This document shows positions 8,581 through 16,267 of a stretch of DNA of 32,000 nt, in pieces. The notes under the pieces were generated by a model. It searched no databases, was not told the origin of the DNA, and saw only the letters and a list, made by a program, of their open reading frames with translations. The DNA comes from Candidatus Paracaedimonas acanthamoebae (lineage in GTDB: Bacteria; Pseudomonadota; Alphaproteobacteria; Caedimonadales; Caedimonadaceae): NCBI GenBank assembly GCA_000743035.1, contig CP008936.1:1530001-1562000 (forward strand), given 5' to 3'. Position 1 is the first letter of the stretch. Each line of letters begins with the position of its first letter. The translations under genes and the position numbers were made by a program.

Positions 8581-9252
8581 TTAGGCAGGTTTAATACAAT
8601 GAGAGTTATTATTCTTAGGAGTATTCACATACTGACTTACAACATGACATGTTAAATCTTTATATTCTCGAGGATAGAGCATTGCCATCAACTCTTCTGT
8701 ACTTTTATTCTCAGGATCAAGCCAATGGTCATAATTGTGGGGTTCAATAATCACAGGCATTCTAGAGTGATAGGGCTTTAATAGGACATTAGCGTCAGTT
8801 GTAATAATAGTAACACTTACAACCTCTGCCGTTTCTTCGCCGCCTGGCCAATAGTCATAGATGCCTGCAAGTGCAAAAGGTTTATATTCTTTCATATAAA
8901 AGAAATAAGGCTGTTTTACTCCGTGAGAAGAGGTCCATTCATAGAAGCCTGAAGTTGGAATCAAGCATCTTTGTTTTTGAAATGCGTTCTTATAATAGGG
9001 TTTTTCTTTTAAAGTTTCAAAGCGAGCATTAATTGGTTTAGGCGCTTCATTAGGATTTTTTGTCCATGAAGGAATTAAACCCCAATGAGCTAAGTGAAGG
9101 TGATTATCACGAGTTTCTGCACCTTGGGAGATAATTAAGATACTTTGAGAAGGGGCAATATTGTAAGAAGGGAGAATAGAACTTTCTTCTTTTAACTCAA
9201 ATTCAGCTTTAAGTTCCTCAATTTTAGAAAAAAGAGTAAATCTTCCGCACAT
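8581..9252 (-). CDS. SOS-response-associated peptidase (SRAP, YedK/DUF159 family)
   Basis: 223 aa starting MCGRF with the catalytic Cys2, followed by YNIAPSQ, NARFETL and a typical C-terminal core. Confidence 0.9.
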   Translation of the reverse strand: MCGRFTLFSKIEELKAEFELKEESSILPSYNIAPSQSILIISQGAETRDNHLHLAHWGLIPSWTKNPNEAPKPINARFETLKEKPYYKNAFQKQRCLIPTSGFYEWTSSHGVKQPYFFYMKEYKPFALAGIYDYWPGGEETAEVVSVTIITTDANVLLKPYHSRMPVIIEPHNYDHWLDPENKSTEELMAMLYPREYKDLTCHVVSQYVNTPKNNNSHCIKPA

Positions 9253-9338
9253 ATTCCCGCCTTCTTAAGAGGTTGAGACAAAAATATATCACACGCTATT
9301 TTAAAGAGATTTAATTTCTAAATTAATTATTTATAATA

Positions 9339-9830
9339 TTAATTATTATTTTTTGCCTTCTTTCTTCGAAGAGCTTTTTCAAGTTTCTCTTGAGCATAAT
9401 CTTTATGTTCTTGAGTAATTTCTTGAATTTGTTGGCCTTGCAAATCATATCGATGAGTGCCATTGATAACAACTTTTAAATAATCAAAGTTATTGGTGTA
9501 AAATGTGAGGGCGTCTCGTACTTTCGCTTTTGAAGGGGAACCTTCTTGCTCAAGAAAGGGATAAAGATCTTTATCAATGTTAAGCTTGAGAGGTTTTAAG
9601 TCTTTAGGATTAAAGCAAGCAGGAAATTGCTCATAAAGCCAAGTTAAAACGGCTTTAATTCCTTCTCTCTTCTTCTGCTTAGCATCACGCTCTTTTTGTT
9701 TCTGTTCCTTTCCTTGTCTGCGCTTCTCTTTCTCTGCTTGTTCATGAAGCGGCTTAAGCGCTTGGAAGAGCTGGGTTTGCTTTTGTAAACTTAAAGGTTT
9801 CTTTAATGTAAGCTTGGGTTTACCGGTCAT
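9339..9830 (-). CDS. ProQ/FinO-family RNA-binding protein with a Lys-rich N-terminal extension
   Basis: LTWLYEQFPACFNPKDLKPLKLNIDKDL...VRDALTFYTNNFDYLK parallels the E. coli ProQ N-terminal domain (FLAERFPHCF...PLKIGIFQDL...LRSALRLYTSSWRYL). Confidence 0.8.
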   Translation of the reverse strand: MTGKPKLTLKKPLSLQKQTQLFQALKPLHEQAEKEKRRQGKEQKQKERDAKQKKREGIKAVLTWLYEQFPACFNPKDLKPLKLNIDKDLYPFLEQEGSPSKAKVRDALTFYTNNFDYLKVVINGTHRYDLQGQQIQEITQEHKDYAQEKLEKALRRKKAKNNN

Positions 9831-9968
9831 TTATGATCCTTTTTGTTTTTGGTCTTTACTATGAAAAAGTAAGATAGGAAAAGGTTAATATATTTTTGCT
9901 TTATAACCTCGAAATTTATCCATATCTATACACTTATTGTAAAATTTGTAATGCAGCTGGACTTTTTA

Positions 9969-10553
9969 TTATAACTTTTCTTTCTTATAAAGAATAAAAG
10001 AGGCTTCAGCTTTTATTTTATGAGTCAAAGATTCACCTTTATAGAATTGCTCCAGATTTGTAGGATCATTTGAAATAACTCCTACAACATCTTTGGATGT
10101 TTCCTGTTCAGACGAAAATTTAACTTTCCCAAAGAAAGTTAAGTCCTCATGGTCATTCTTGTGTTTACTGGTGGTGACAATATGTTTAAGAGAGAGCTTG
10201 TGGTTTATCCAAAATGCTGTTTTGAATAATTCTTGGTAGAATTGCTCTGCCAGTTGCTCAAATCTCTCTATATCCTCATGAATGTCACTATCGTCTCTGA
10301 GATGAAAGGCAACATCATGAATACCTAGGGCTATGCATGACTTGTTTGTGCGTATTGAAGATAAAGTGGCCTTTCCACAGATGCCTTCCTCGGCATCAAT
10401 AAATAAAAGATGGAGATCATTTTTGAGTAACGTTTTTGCATCAAAATCCTCAATAGACTTAAGCACAAGGTGATCAAAATTGATAAGTTCGCCTGCAACG
10501 ATTATTTCCCAGATAGATCCATGAAATTTATGGTCTTTTACAATACAAAACAT
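9969..10553 (-). CDS. Hypothetical protein
   Basis: 194-aa ORF in the same orientation as its neighbours. No motif recognised. Confidence 0.45.
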   Translation of the reverse strand: MFCIVKDHKFHGSIWEIIVAGELINFDHLVLKSIEDFDAKTLLKNDLHLLFIDAEEGICGKATLSSIRTNKSCIALGIHDVAFHLRDDSDIHEDIERFEQLAEQFYQELFKTAFWINHKLSLKHIVTTSKHKNDHEDLTFFGKVKFSSEQETSKDVVGVISNDPTNLEQFYKGESLTHKIKAEASFILYKKEKL

Positions 10554-10616
10554 TTTTTCCCTCTCCTTTTGGCGTTTGTGGTTTCCCTTTTCCTAAGTAA
10601 CCTTGATGAATGCGAT

Positions 10617-11294
10617 TTAACTGCTATTACCATGCTTGTAAGCCTCATTAAGGAGCTCACACTCATGCAAGGCTGCATCCAGAAAGAGTTGTTGTATTTC
10701 TGCTCTCTCTGTTTTTGAGATTGTTTGGATGAGCTGATCAAGTGATTGAATAATTCTTACCGTTTGCTCTTCTGCATCCAGGGAAGTGCAATGCTTAATG
10801 AATTGCTTATAAGGATGATTATAAGTATTGAGTCTCAAGCAACGTTTGTGCAATTGGGTGGCAAGCCAAAATCGTGGCAGGATAGCTGTAAGGATAGACA
10901 GGAATAATCTTTTTTCAATTGAAGCCTTCAAAAAGCCAATATATTCTTTGCAAGCAGCTGTTAAGTTGTAGGGGGTTCCCTTAAACTTATCTAACTGGAT
11001 GCTAAGACCACCCGCTGACATGAGAGAAAGTTGCGCATTTTGAATAAGAATTCGCTTAATGCATTTTGGATAATTTAGCTTGGATAGAAGGATCATCTCC
11101 TCAGAAAGAAAACGCCAGACACGTTCTTGTTGGTTAAGAAAGTAAGTAAACTGCTTCTCTTTTAAATCCCCATTGAATAAATGCTCATAAAAAGGATGCT
11201 TGAGAACACCCTTATGAAGATATTGAAGAGGACTCTCGACCATCTTCAGGAAAGAAGAGTCTAATTCCTCTAGTTTTGATGAAGGCTTATCCAT
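10617..11294 (-). CDS. TenA/heme-oxygenase-like fold protein (catalytic Cys apparently absent)
   Basis: 225 aa. HPFYEHLFNGDLKEKQFTYFLNQQ, ILPRFWLATQL, NHPYKQFIKH and a C-terminal ...ECELLNEAY follow the TenA pattern (HPF...G.L....F..Y..QD, PC.W.Y, npY..WI, E..FW..AY). PR replaces the PC motif. Confidence 0.5.
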   Translation of the reverse strand: MDKPSSKLEELDSSFLKMVESPLQYLHKGVLKHPFYEHLFNGDLKEKQFTYFLNQQERVWRFLSEEMILLSKLNYPKCIKRILIQNAQLSLMSAGGLSIQLDKFKGTPYNLTAACKEYIGFLKASIEKRLFLSILTAILPRFWLATQLHKRCLRLNTYNHPYKQFIKHCTSLDAEEQTVRIIQSLDQLIQTISKTERAEIQQLFLDAALHECELLNEAYKHGNSS

Positions 11295-11450
11295 GGTGCG
11301 CTCCTTTCAATAAAGGAAGAGCGCTAGTTTTGCTGAAACTTTGAAGTTTATTGTTATTCCCTGAAGAATAAAAAATCAGGGGTAGAAACTTATCATAAAT
11401 ATATGTTACAGTACGCATGTACACGTTTCCTCATGGTTATGTGTTGCTGA

Positions 11451-11495
11451 AAGCCCGCGTTCTGACTGCGAAATCTAAGCGCGGGTTTTTCTTTT
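11451..11495 (+). terminator. Candidate plus-strand intrinsic terminator with no upstream plus-strand gene
   Basis: GC stem cccgcg (11454-11459) pairs with cgcggg (11480-11485), followed by tttttctttt. The loop is long at 20 nt, so this is only moderate. Confidence 0.35.
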
Positions 11496-12233
11496 GTTAT
11501 CTCAATACTAAATCGTTAGTGCCTGAAACCCTTTTAAAAAAGATCCAGCAGCCCGAAGACCACTGGATTCAGTTAACAGGGAGGCTATGCAAGGAATACA
11601 ATGTACCTTGCCACTTGACACACGCGATGTGTCAAATTTCTTGATCGTCTGTTCATCTATTAGATCTTTTGTTTCTTTATCGGAAATAGAAGGGAGAGAA
11701 ACTCTTAGCTTCTCTCGACCTTCTATCTTTGGCGAGGGAGGGACGCCAAACTTTAATGATAAGAAATGATTTGTGGTTCTTGTCCTCATGGAATGAAGCC
11801 TAGCAGTATTGCAACTGCTAGGCTTCTTCGGGGGAAGAACTGAATTAAAGGATGATAGTAGTGTCTCGTTTAGATGAAGCTCGTTAGCGCTGATTAACAA
11901 GTGATTCAGCGACTGATAGAAAGAACCATTATATATTCTTTCATTTGTGTGTGAAATCTGAAGCATTATTTCCCATCCCCAACTACCTGCTCTTGATGCC
12001 TCTGTTAGACTCTCCTGATTCTATTTGTTAAGCGAGAGGCAACAAGGCTCACATATATTTACGCCCTGTAAGTCATGCAAACTACAATAACATCGTAATA
12101 TTCTATTATCAACACAAAAATGTCACGTATATAGCTTGGGCATTTATTTTTGGATGAGTTTTTTCCTTAAAATTTTACACATATTTCATGTATTGATGTA
12201 TTGTTTTTTCCATAGTAAAACTCAGGAGCAAGA

Positions 12234-13112
12234 ATGGATAAAGAAAAACTAAGGCAGATTGACTTAGATAAGCTTCAAAATTTCTATTCTCTATTCAGGG
12301 AAGGATCTATCGCAAAAGCTTCAGCGGCGACAGGTGTATCACGCAGAACGTATTATCACGATTTGGCTGTGTTAGAGGCGGCTTTTAATACCAAACTATA
12401 TTTAAGTGGGAAGAAGAATTTTGTCTTAACAGATGAAGGTAGAAAGCTAGCAGATTTCTGCAAAAGCACAATCGATTCTCTCTCAAGAGTTACTGAAGAA
12501 GAACAGGTTTTTGATCAGGGTAACTTAATAATACATACTACACCTAGTATTGGTGCCTATTACTTTCCTGAGATAATTAGACAATTTAGAAAGAAATATC
12601 CTAACATATGCATAGACCTTTTAACTGGTGCAGAATATTTTACCTCTAAACATCATGACTTCGATGTGTCCATAGGACCATACCTTGCCGATAAGCGCGA
12701 TCTTTCACAGCATCTTCTGAAGAATTTCGAATATGGTTATTTTGCTTCACAAGAATATCTTGCAAGATATGGTACTCCTGAGACGGCTGAAGACCTAAAG
12801 AACCATAATCTCTTATGCTACTCAGGAGAGCATTTGATTCCTTTGGACATCCTTGAAAAAAATAAAACTGTTGTTAAATCAAATTTATATATTGCGTTAT
12901 TGAATATGTGTTTAAAAGGAGTAGGTATATGCTCTCTACCTTTAGATCTTTATACTATAAAGATGTCTGATAACAAGGACGCCAAACTTATTCGTATTTT
13001 GCCAAACATCATTTCTGAGAATGACTCTTCATATTTTTCTTTTTATAGGTTTACAAAGAAAGAAAAAGCTATTAGAGATTTATTTGACATCATTAAAAAT
13101 TTATTAAAATAA
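12234..13112 (+). CDS. LysR-family transcriptional regulator (full length)
   Basis: 292 aa. The N-terminal HTH reads LQNFYSLFREGSIAKASAATGVSRRTYYHDLAVLEAAFNTKLY...LTDEGRKL. A periplasmic-binding-like effector domain follows. Confidence 0.85.
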   Translation: MDKEKLRQIDLDKLQNFYSLFREGSIAKASAATGVSRRTYYHDLAVLEAAFNTKLYLSGKKNFVLTDEGRKLADFCKSTIDSLSRVTEEEQVFDQGNLIIHTTPSIGAYYFPEIIRQFRKKYPNICIDLLTGAEYFTSKHHDFDVSIGPYLADKRDLSQHLLKNFEYGYFASQEYLARYGTPETAEDLKNHNLLCYSGEHLIPLDILEKNKTVVKSNLYIALLNMCLKGVGICSLPLDLYTIKMSDNKDAKLIRILPNIISENDSSYFSFYRFTKKEKAIRDLFDIIKNLLK

Positions 13113-13123
13113 TATAAAATATT

Positions 13124-13153
13124 TTGTCAATAAAACTGAGTATCGCATAGATT
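13124..13153 (+). promoter_or_regulatory. Candidate sigma70-type promoter for the peptide/dehydrogenase operon
   Basis: TTGTCA (13124-13129), 18-bp spacer, TAGATT (13148-13153). It lies about 30 nt upstream of the first mini-ORF's Shine-Dalgarno sequence. Confidence 0.3.
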
Positions 13154-13185
13154 ACTTATTTTCTATCACTGTAAGGAGAATAGTT

Positions 13186-13263
13186 ATGAAAAAAATTAGC
13201 AAATACTCCCAAAACTCTGTACAACCAATGCGCATGTGCTTCATTTCTCTGTGCAAATCTTAA
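13186..13263 (+). CDS. Mini-ORF A: 25-aa Cys-containing peptide MKKISKYSQNSVQPMRMCFISLCKS (candidate RiPP precursor)
   Basis: AAGGAG lies 7 nt upstream of the ATG. It is a paralogue of mini-ORF B, with the amino-acid pattern conserved through synonymous codon differences. It is below the ORF-track length cutoff. Confidence 0.55.
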   Translation: MKKISKYSQNSVQPMRMCFISLCKS

Positions 13264-13299
13264 TTTGGTTATTTAGTTTGTTATTTTAAGGAACAACAT

Positions 13300-13386
13300 A
13301 TGAAGAAACTTAATGTTTTTAGGCAACATTCTATTTGTCCAATAAGAATGTGTTTAGTCGCTTTATGCATTCCCAATGACAAATAG
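13300..13386 (+). CDS. Mini-ORF B: 28-aa Cys-containing peptide MKKLNVFRQHSICPIRMCLVALCIPNDK (candidate RiPP precursor)
   Basis: AAGGAA lies upstream of the ATG. It shares the motif Q-x-S-x-x-P-x-R-M-C-x-x-x-L-C with mini-ORF A. Its 3' end overlaps the ATG of the dehydrogenase (13376) by 11 nt. Confidence 0.55.
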   Translation: MKKLNVFRQHSICPIRMCLVALCIPNDK

Positions 13387-14458
13387 CAAGCTTCAGTACA
13401 ATAGAAATGCCTTCTATTACCTGAAAGATGGGAAAGTTATTGCATGCAATACTCTCTCACAAGAGTATTATGAGCTAGAGGAAGATTATTTCAGGCGCTT
13501 ACTCACAGCTAGCAATAACAATTCGCATCCTCTTCCAAACGACAATATTAATAAGGAACTTTTAGAAGGTGGCCTCTTACTAGAGGATAAAAGTGAGCCT
13601 TCTATTTCATGGGAGGGAGATCCTATCTCGTTCTTCTGTCATCAAGGGACAAGGATTTTATCTCAATATACACCAAAGCTTAGCGATGAAGAGGTATGTA
13701 GTGACTTTATAAGCCTTTCTTCCTCTTCTGCTAAGGAGATCCCAGCTCGTTATATCCCTGAATATAGCGAGCGTATCCCGCTTCAAGAACCAAACCTTGA
13801 CTATTTCAATGATTCATCCCTATACAATGCTGCCAAGAATCGTAAAACTTGCCGAAACTTTGAAAATAAATCTGTAAAGATAGATTTATTGAATTCTCTC
13901 CTCTATTTTTGCTTTGGGCCAATCCATGGAAAACTATGGGAAGATTTTGAGCAGTATAATATCCCTTCCTATGGTTTGAGACGCTCTTCCCCTTCTGCCA
14001 CAGGATTACAAGGATGTGATGCTTACCTTGTTGCCTTAAATGTCGAGGGCTTAGAAAAAGGCATATATTATTATTCAAGTGACGAACATTATCTTTATCG
14101 TCTCAAAAACACACTTGATGATGAGAGCTTAATTTATACAACAAATGATCAATTCTGGGCTAAGAACTTAAGTGCTGGGATCTTTATTGTTAATGATATG
14201 AGACGGACTTGGGTTAAAGATAAGAAAGCAAGAGGATACCTCGCGGCCTACTTAGAAGCAGGACACATTTCACAGACAATATTGCTGGCTGCAACGGCTT
14301 TAAAGTTACAAACCTGGCTTACAGGAACTTTTCGAGATGATGTAGTAGATAACTTACTACAAATTAAGGGATCACCTTGCTTTGCTTCAGTCTTTGTGGG
14401 ATTGGGGTATGGAGATAATGGTTCTATTCCTAAAAAGTTTATTGAAACTATCCGTTAA
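13376..14458 (+). CDS. SagB-type dehydrogenase-domain protein (nitroreductase fold) with an approximately 150-aa N-terminal extension
   Basis: NRKTCRNFENKSV (R.S.R.F), SPSATGLQGCDAYLVA (PSAGG...Y), GIYYYSSDEHYLYRL (G.Y.Y....L) and YLEAGHISQTILLAATALKLQTWLTGTFRDDVV match the SagB/McbC-like dehydrogenase domain pattern. Confidence 0.75.
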   Translation: MTNSKLQYNRNAFYYLKDGKVIACNTLSQEYYELEEDYFRRLLTASNNNSHPLPNDNINKELLEGGLLLEDKSEPSISWEGDPISFFCHQGTRILSQYTPKLSDEEVCSDFISLSSSSAKEIPARYIPEYSERIPLQEPNLDYFNDSSLYNAAKNRKTCRNFENKSVKIDLLNSLLYFCFGPIHGKLWEDFEQYNIPSYGLRRSSPSATGLQGCDAYLVALNVEGLEKGIYYYSSDEHYLYRLKNTLDDESLIYTTNDQFWAKNLSAGIFIVNDMRRTWVKDKKARGYLAAYLEAGHISQTILLAATALKLQTWLTGTFRDDVVDNLLQIKGSPCFASVFVGLGYGDNGSIPKKFIETIR

Positions 14459-15313
14459 CAACCCCTTTAACTCTTTCCGCTTAACAATAAGACTTCCTAG
14501 AATAATAAGCATTCCCCCTGCTACCTCTTTGAATGAGGGGACATATCTCCATAAGAGATATCCTAAGATGATAGACCAAATAACAGTTGAGTACTCTAGA
14601 GGGGAGAGTTTCACCAACTCTTCTTTTCGATAAGCAAAAATTAGGCATTGAAAAGCAAGGAAATGGATAATGGCAATCAGGATGAAAAGAGGAATATCTG
14701 TAATCTGTAGAATAATTTTCTCATAAGAAAATGCGCCACTCATTAAGAAACAAATAAGAGTATAACTCGCATACAAAGCAAAATTATCAATGTGGGCAAT
14801 CCGCTTTGTTATAACGCAAGCTGAGGCATAAAAAATTGAAGATAAGAAGGCAAACATAAACCCTAGATTTAAGTTCATATCTGAAAATGGATATGACAGG
14901 ATTAAAGCGCCTATAAAGCTTAAAATAATAGGAATAATTACTGAACTGGAAAGCGCTTCTTTTAGGAATATAGCCGAAAGAACAGAAATAAAAATAGGGG
15001 ACGTAAAAGCCATAAATCCATAAGAAGATAAAGGAAGATGTTTCAAGCTATAAATTGTTAAGAAGAGTGCTCCAGCCGCAAATACATTGCGTAAAAGGTG
15101 TAAACCTTTATCAGGTTTATAGGCAGAAAATCCTTTTTTATATGTAATCCAGAGAGCAAATATAAGAGCTATTGAAGACCTAAAGAATATAATCTGAGCA
15201 GGTGCATATGAATTTGTTAAATACTTCTCTAACGCTTCGCATAAAGAATAAAGGAACATAGATAAAGCCATTAAAGCATAGCCAGAAGCTTTAATATTCT
15301 CTAGCAAGATCAT
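14387..15313 (-). CDS. EamA/DMT-superfamily transporter
   Basis: 308 aa, about 10 hydrophobic helices in two similar halves. It is convergent with the dehydrogenase gene, and their 3' ends overlap by 72 nt. Confidence 0.8.
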   Translation of the reverse strand: MILLENIKASGYALMALSMFLYSLCEALEKYLTNSYAPAQIIFFRSSIALIFALWITYKKGFSAYKPDKGLHLLRNVFAAGALFLTIYSLKHLPLSSYGFMAFTSPIFISVLSAIFLKEALSSSVIIPIILSFIGALILSYPFSDMNLNLGFMFAFLSSIFYASACVITKRIAHIDNFALYASYTLICFLMSGAFSYEKIILQITDIPLFILIAIIHFLAFQCLIFAYRKEELVKLSPLEYSTVIWSIILGYLLWRYVPSFKEVAGGMLIILGSLIVKRKELKGLLTDSFNKLFRNRTIISIPQSHKD

Positions 15314-15870
15314 ACCCCCTTCTAAGTATAATTCTGATTGTTATCTTATAGCTTCTTAGTCTTCAGTTGAGCTATTTTGAGTAAGCTATAAGGTATAAGA
15401 AAATCCTTCTCCCGTGATTTTTATAGACGATTTTTAGGAGTTAGCCTACATAAAAGTAAAGTATGGCCTCATATACAGATTAGGGCTTAATAAACGACTT
15501 GCATGGCGAGTAGAGTTGGTGGGGGTGATTTTACTCTTTAAGCCATCCCTGCATGCGTACTTATTCTTTCTATCAAGTCACTAGGCGGTTTATTTGAAGG
15601 CTTAAGCAGCCCCCTGCTGCTTGTAACGATTTTAGCTTATCAAAGAGCATTTTCTAATTTCAAGGAGAAAAGCAACCTGTGCCTTTTTCTCCTATTCTCA
15701 TTATTGTGCTGCAACTTATGGAAAATTCTCTTATCGAAATCATTGCCATTTCGCCTTCCTAAATATCTTTAGCCAACTCATGTTTACTTCATAACATCTT
15801 TTTTTCTTTCTCTTTTATCTAGCTGCTGGTTTTGGTTTTTCATATCTGTCATCCCCCCTTTGTTGGGGCT

Positions 15871-16037
15871 CAACCAAGTCCTGACATTTATTTCATGGCT
15901 TTAGCCTTAGCGTGTCCTTTTTCAAGGGTCTTTACGCCGCACGCGGTCTCCCGAAAAGACCCTTGAAAAACGCCCCTCATGCCAAGGCTTCTTCAATCCA
16001 TGAAAGGTCGGAATGGTTTCGGCCTCAAACAATGGAG
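15871..16037 (+). repeat. Structured leader module, copy A (paralogue of 20430..20593)
   Basis: Direct repeat of copy B. It contains a perfect 16-bp stem tttttcaagggtcttt (15918-15933) / aaagacccttgaaaaa (15955-15970), an enclosing agcctt.gc/gc.aaggct stem and a second hairpin aggtcg...cggcct just before the Shine-Dalgarno sequence. Confidence 0.85.
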
Positions 16038-16044
16038 AATGAAT

Positions 16045-16236
16045 ATGAAAAAGAATCAACCCACACACACCATCTATCAAGTCATTGAATGCGAAAAAGA
16101 TACAAAAATCTGGTCGAGAGTAGGGGCGGCTTGGATGCATCAGGATGGCGAAGGCTTCAATCTTGTTTTCGACGCCTTTCCCCTTACAGGAAGCGTCGTG
16201 GTTCGTAAGAAATCAGCAGAGGGCAAAGGGGCATAA
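16045..16236 (+). CDS. Small 63-aa protein with a GAAW motif (DUF736-like, tentative)
   Basis: GGAG lies 7 nt upstream of the ATG at 16045. The track ORF's N-terminal extension from 15979 runs through the repeat and is unlikely to be translated. IWSRVGAAWMHQDGEGFNLVFDAFPL resembles the DUF736 core (GAAW....G..L.L.D.P) seen on alphaproteobacterial plasmids. Confidence 0.5.
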   Translation: MKKNQPTHTIYQVIECEKDTKIWSRVGAAWMHQDGEGFNLVFDAFPLTGSVVVRKKSAEGKGA

Positions 16237-16267
16237 AGCCCCTTTTCTCACAAGAAAGGAAAGTACC

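Noticed and set aside
11508-11966. 152-aa minus-strand ORF, and the overlapping 60-75-aa plus-strand ORFs, in the hairpin-rich region
   Set aside because: There is no Shine-Dalgarno sequence, the composition is odd and Ser/Leu/Pro-rich, and no motif is recognisable. The ORF is built across several strong palindromes. It is more consistent with non-coding structured DNA or RNA.
15918-15970. The 16-bp perfect stem in the leader repeat read as a rho-independent terminator
   Set aside because: The hairpin is flanked by A-runs on the 3' side on both strands, with no U-tract. It also sits upstream of genes rather than after one.
15979-16044. N-terminal extension of the small-protein ORF (track start 15979); likewise 20561..20602 and 16145..16267
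   Set aside because: The extensions run through the conserved non-coding repeat or overlap the preceding gene. Internal ATGs with good Shine-Dalgarno sequences (16045, 20603, 16268) are much more plausible starts.
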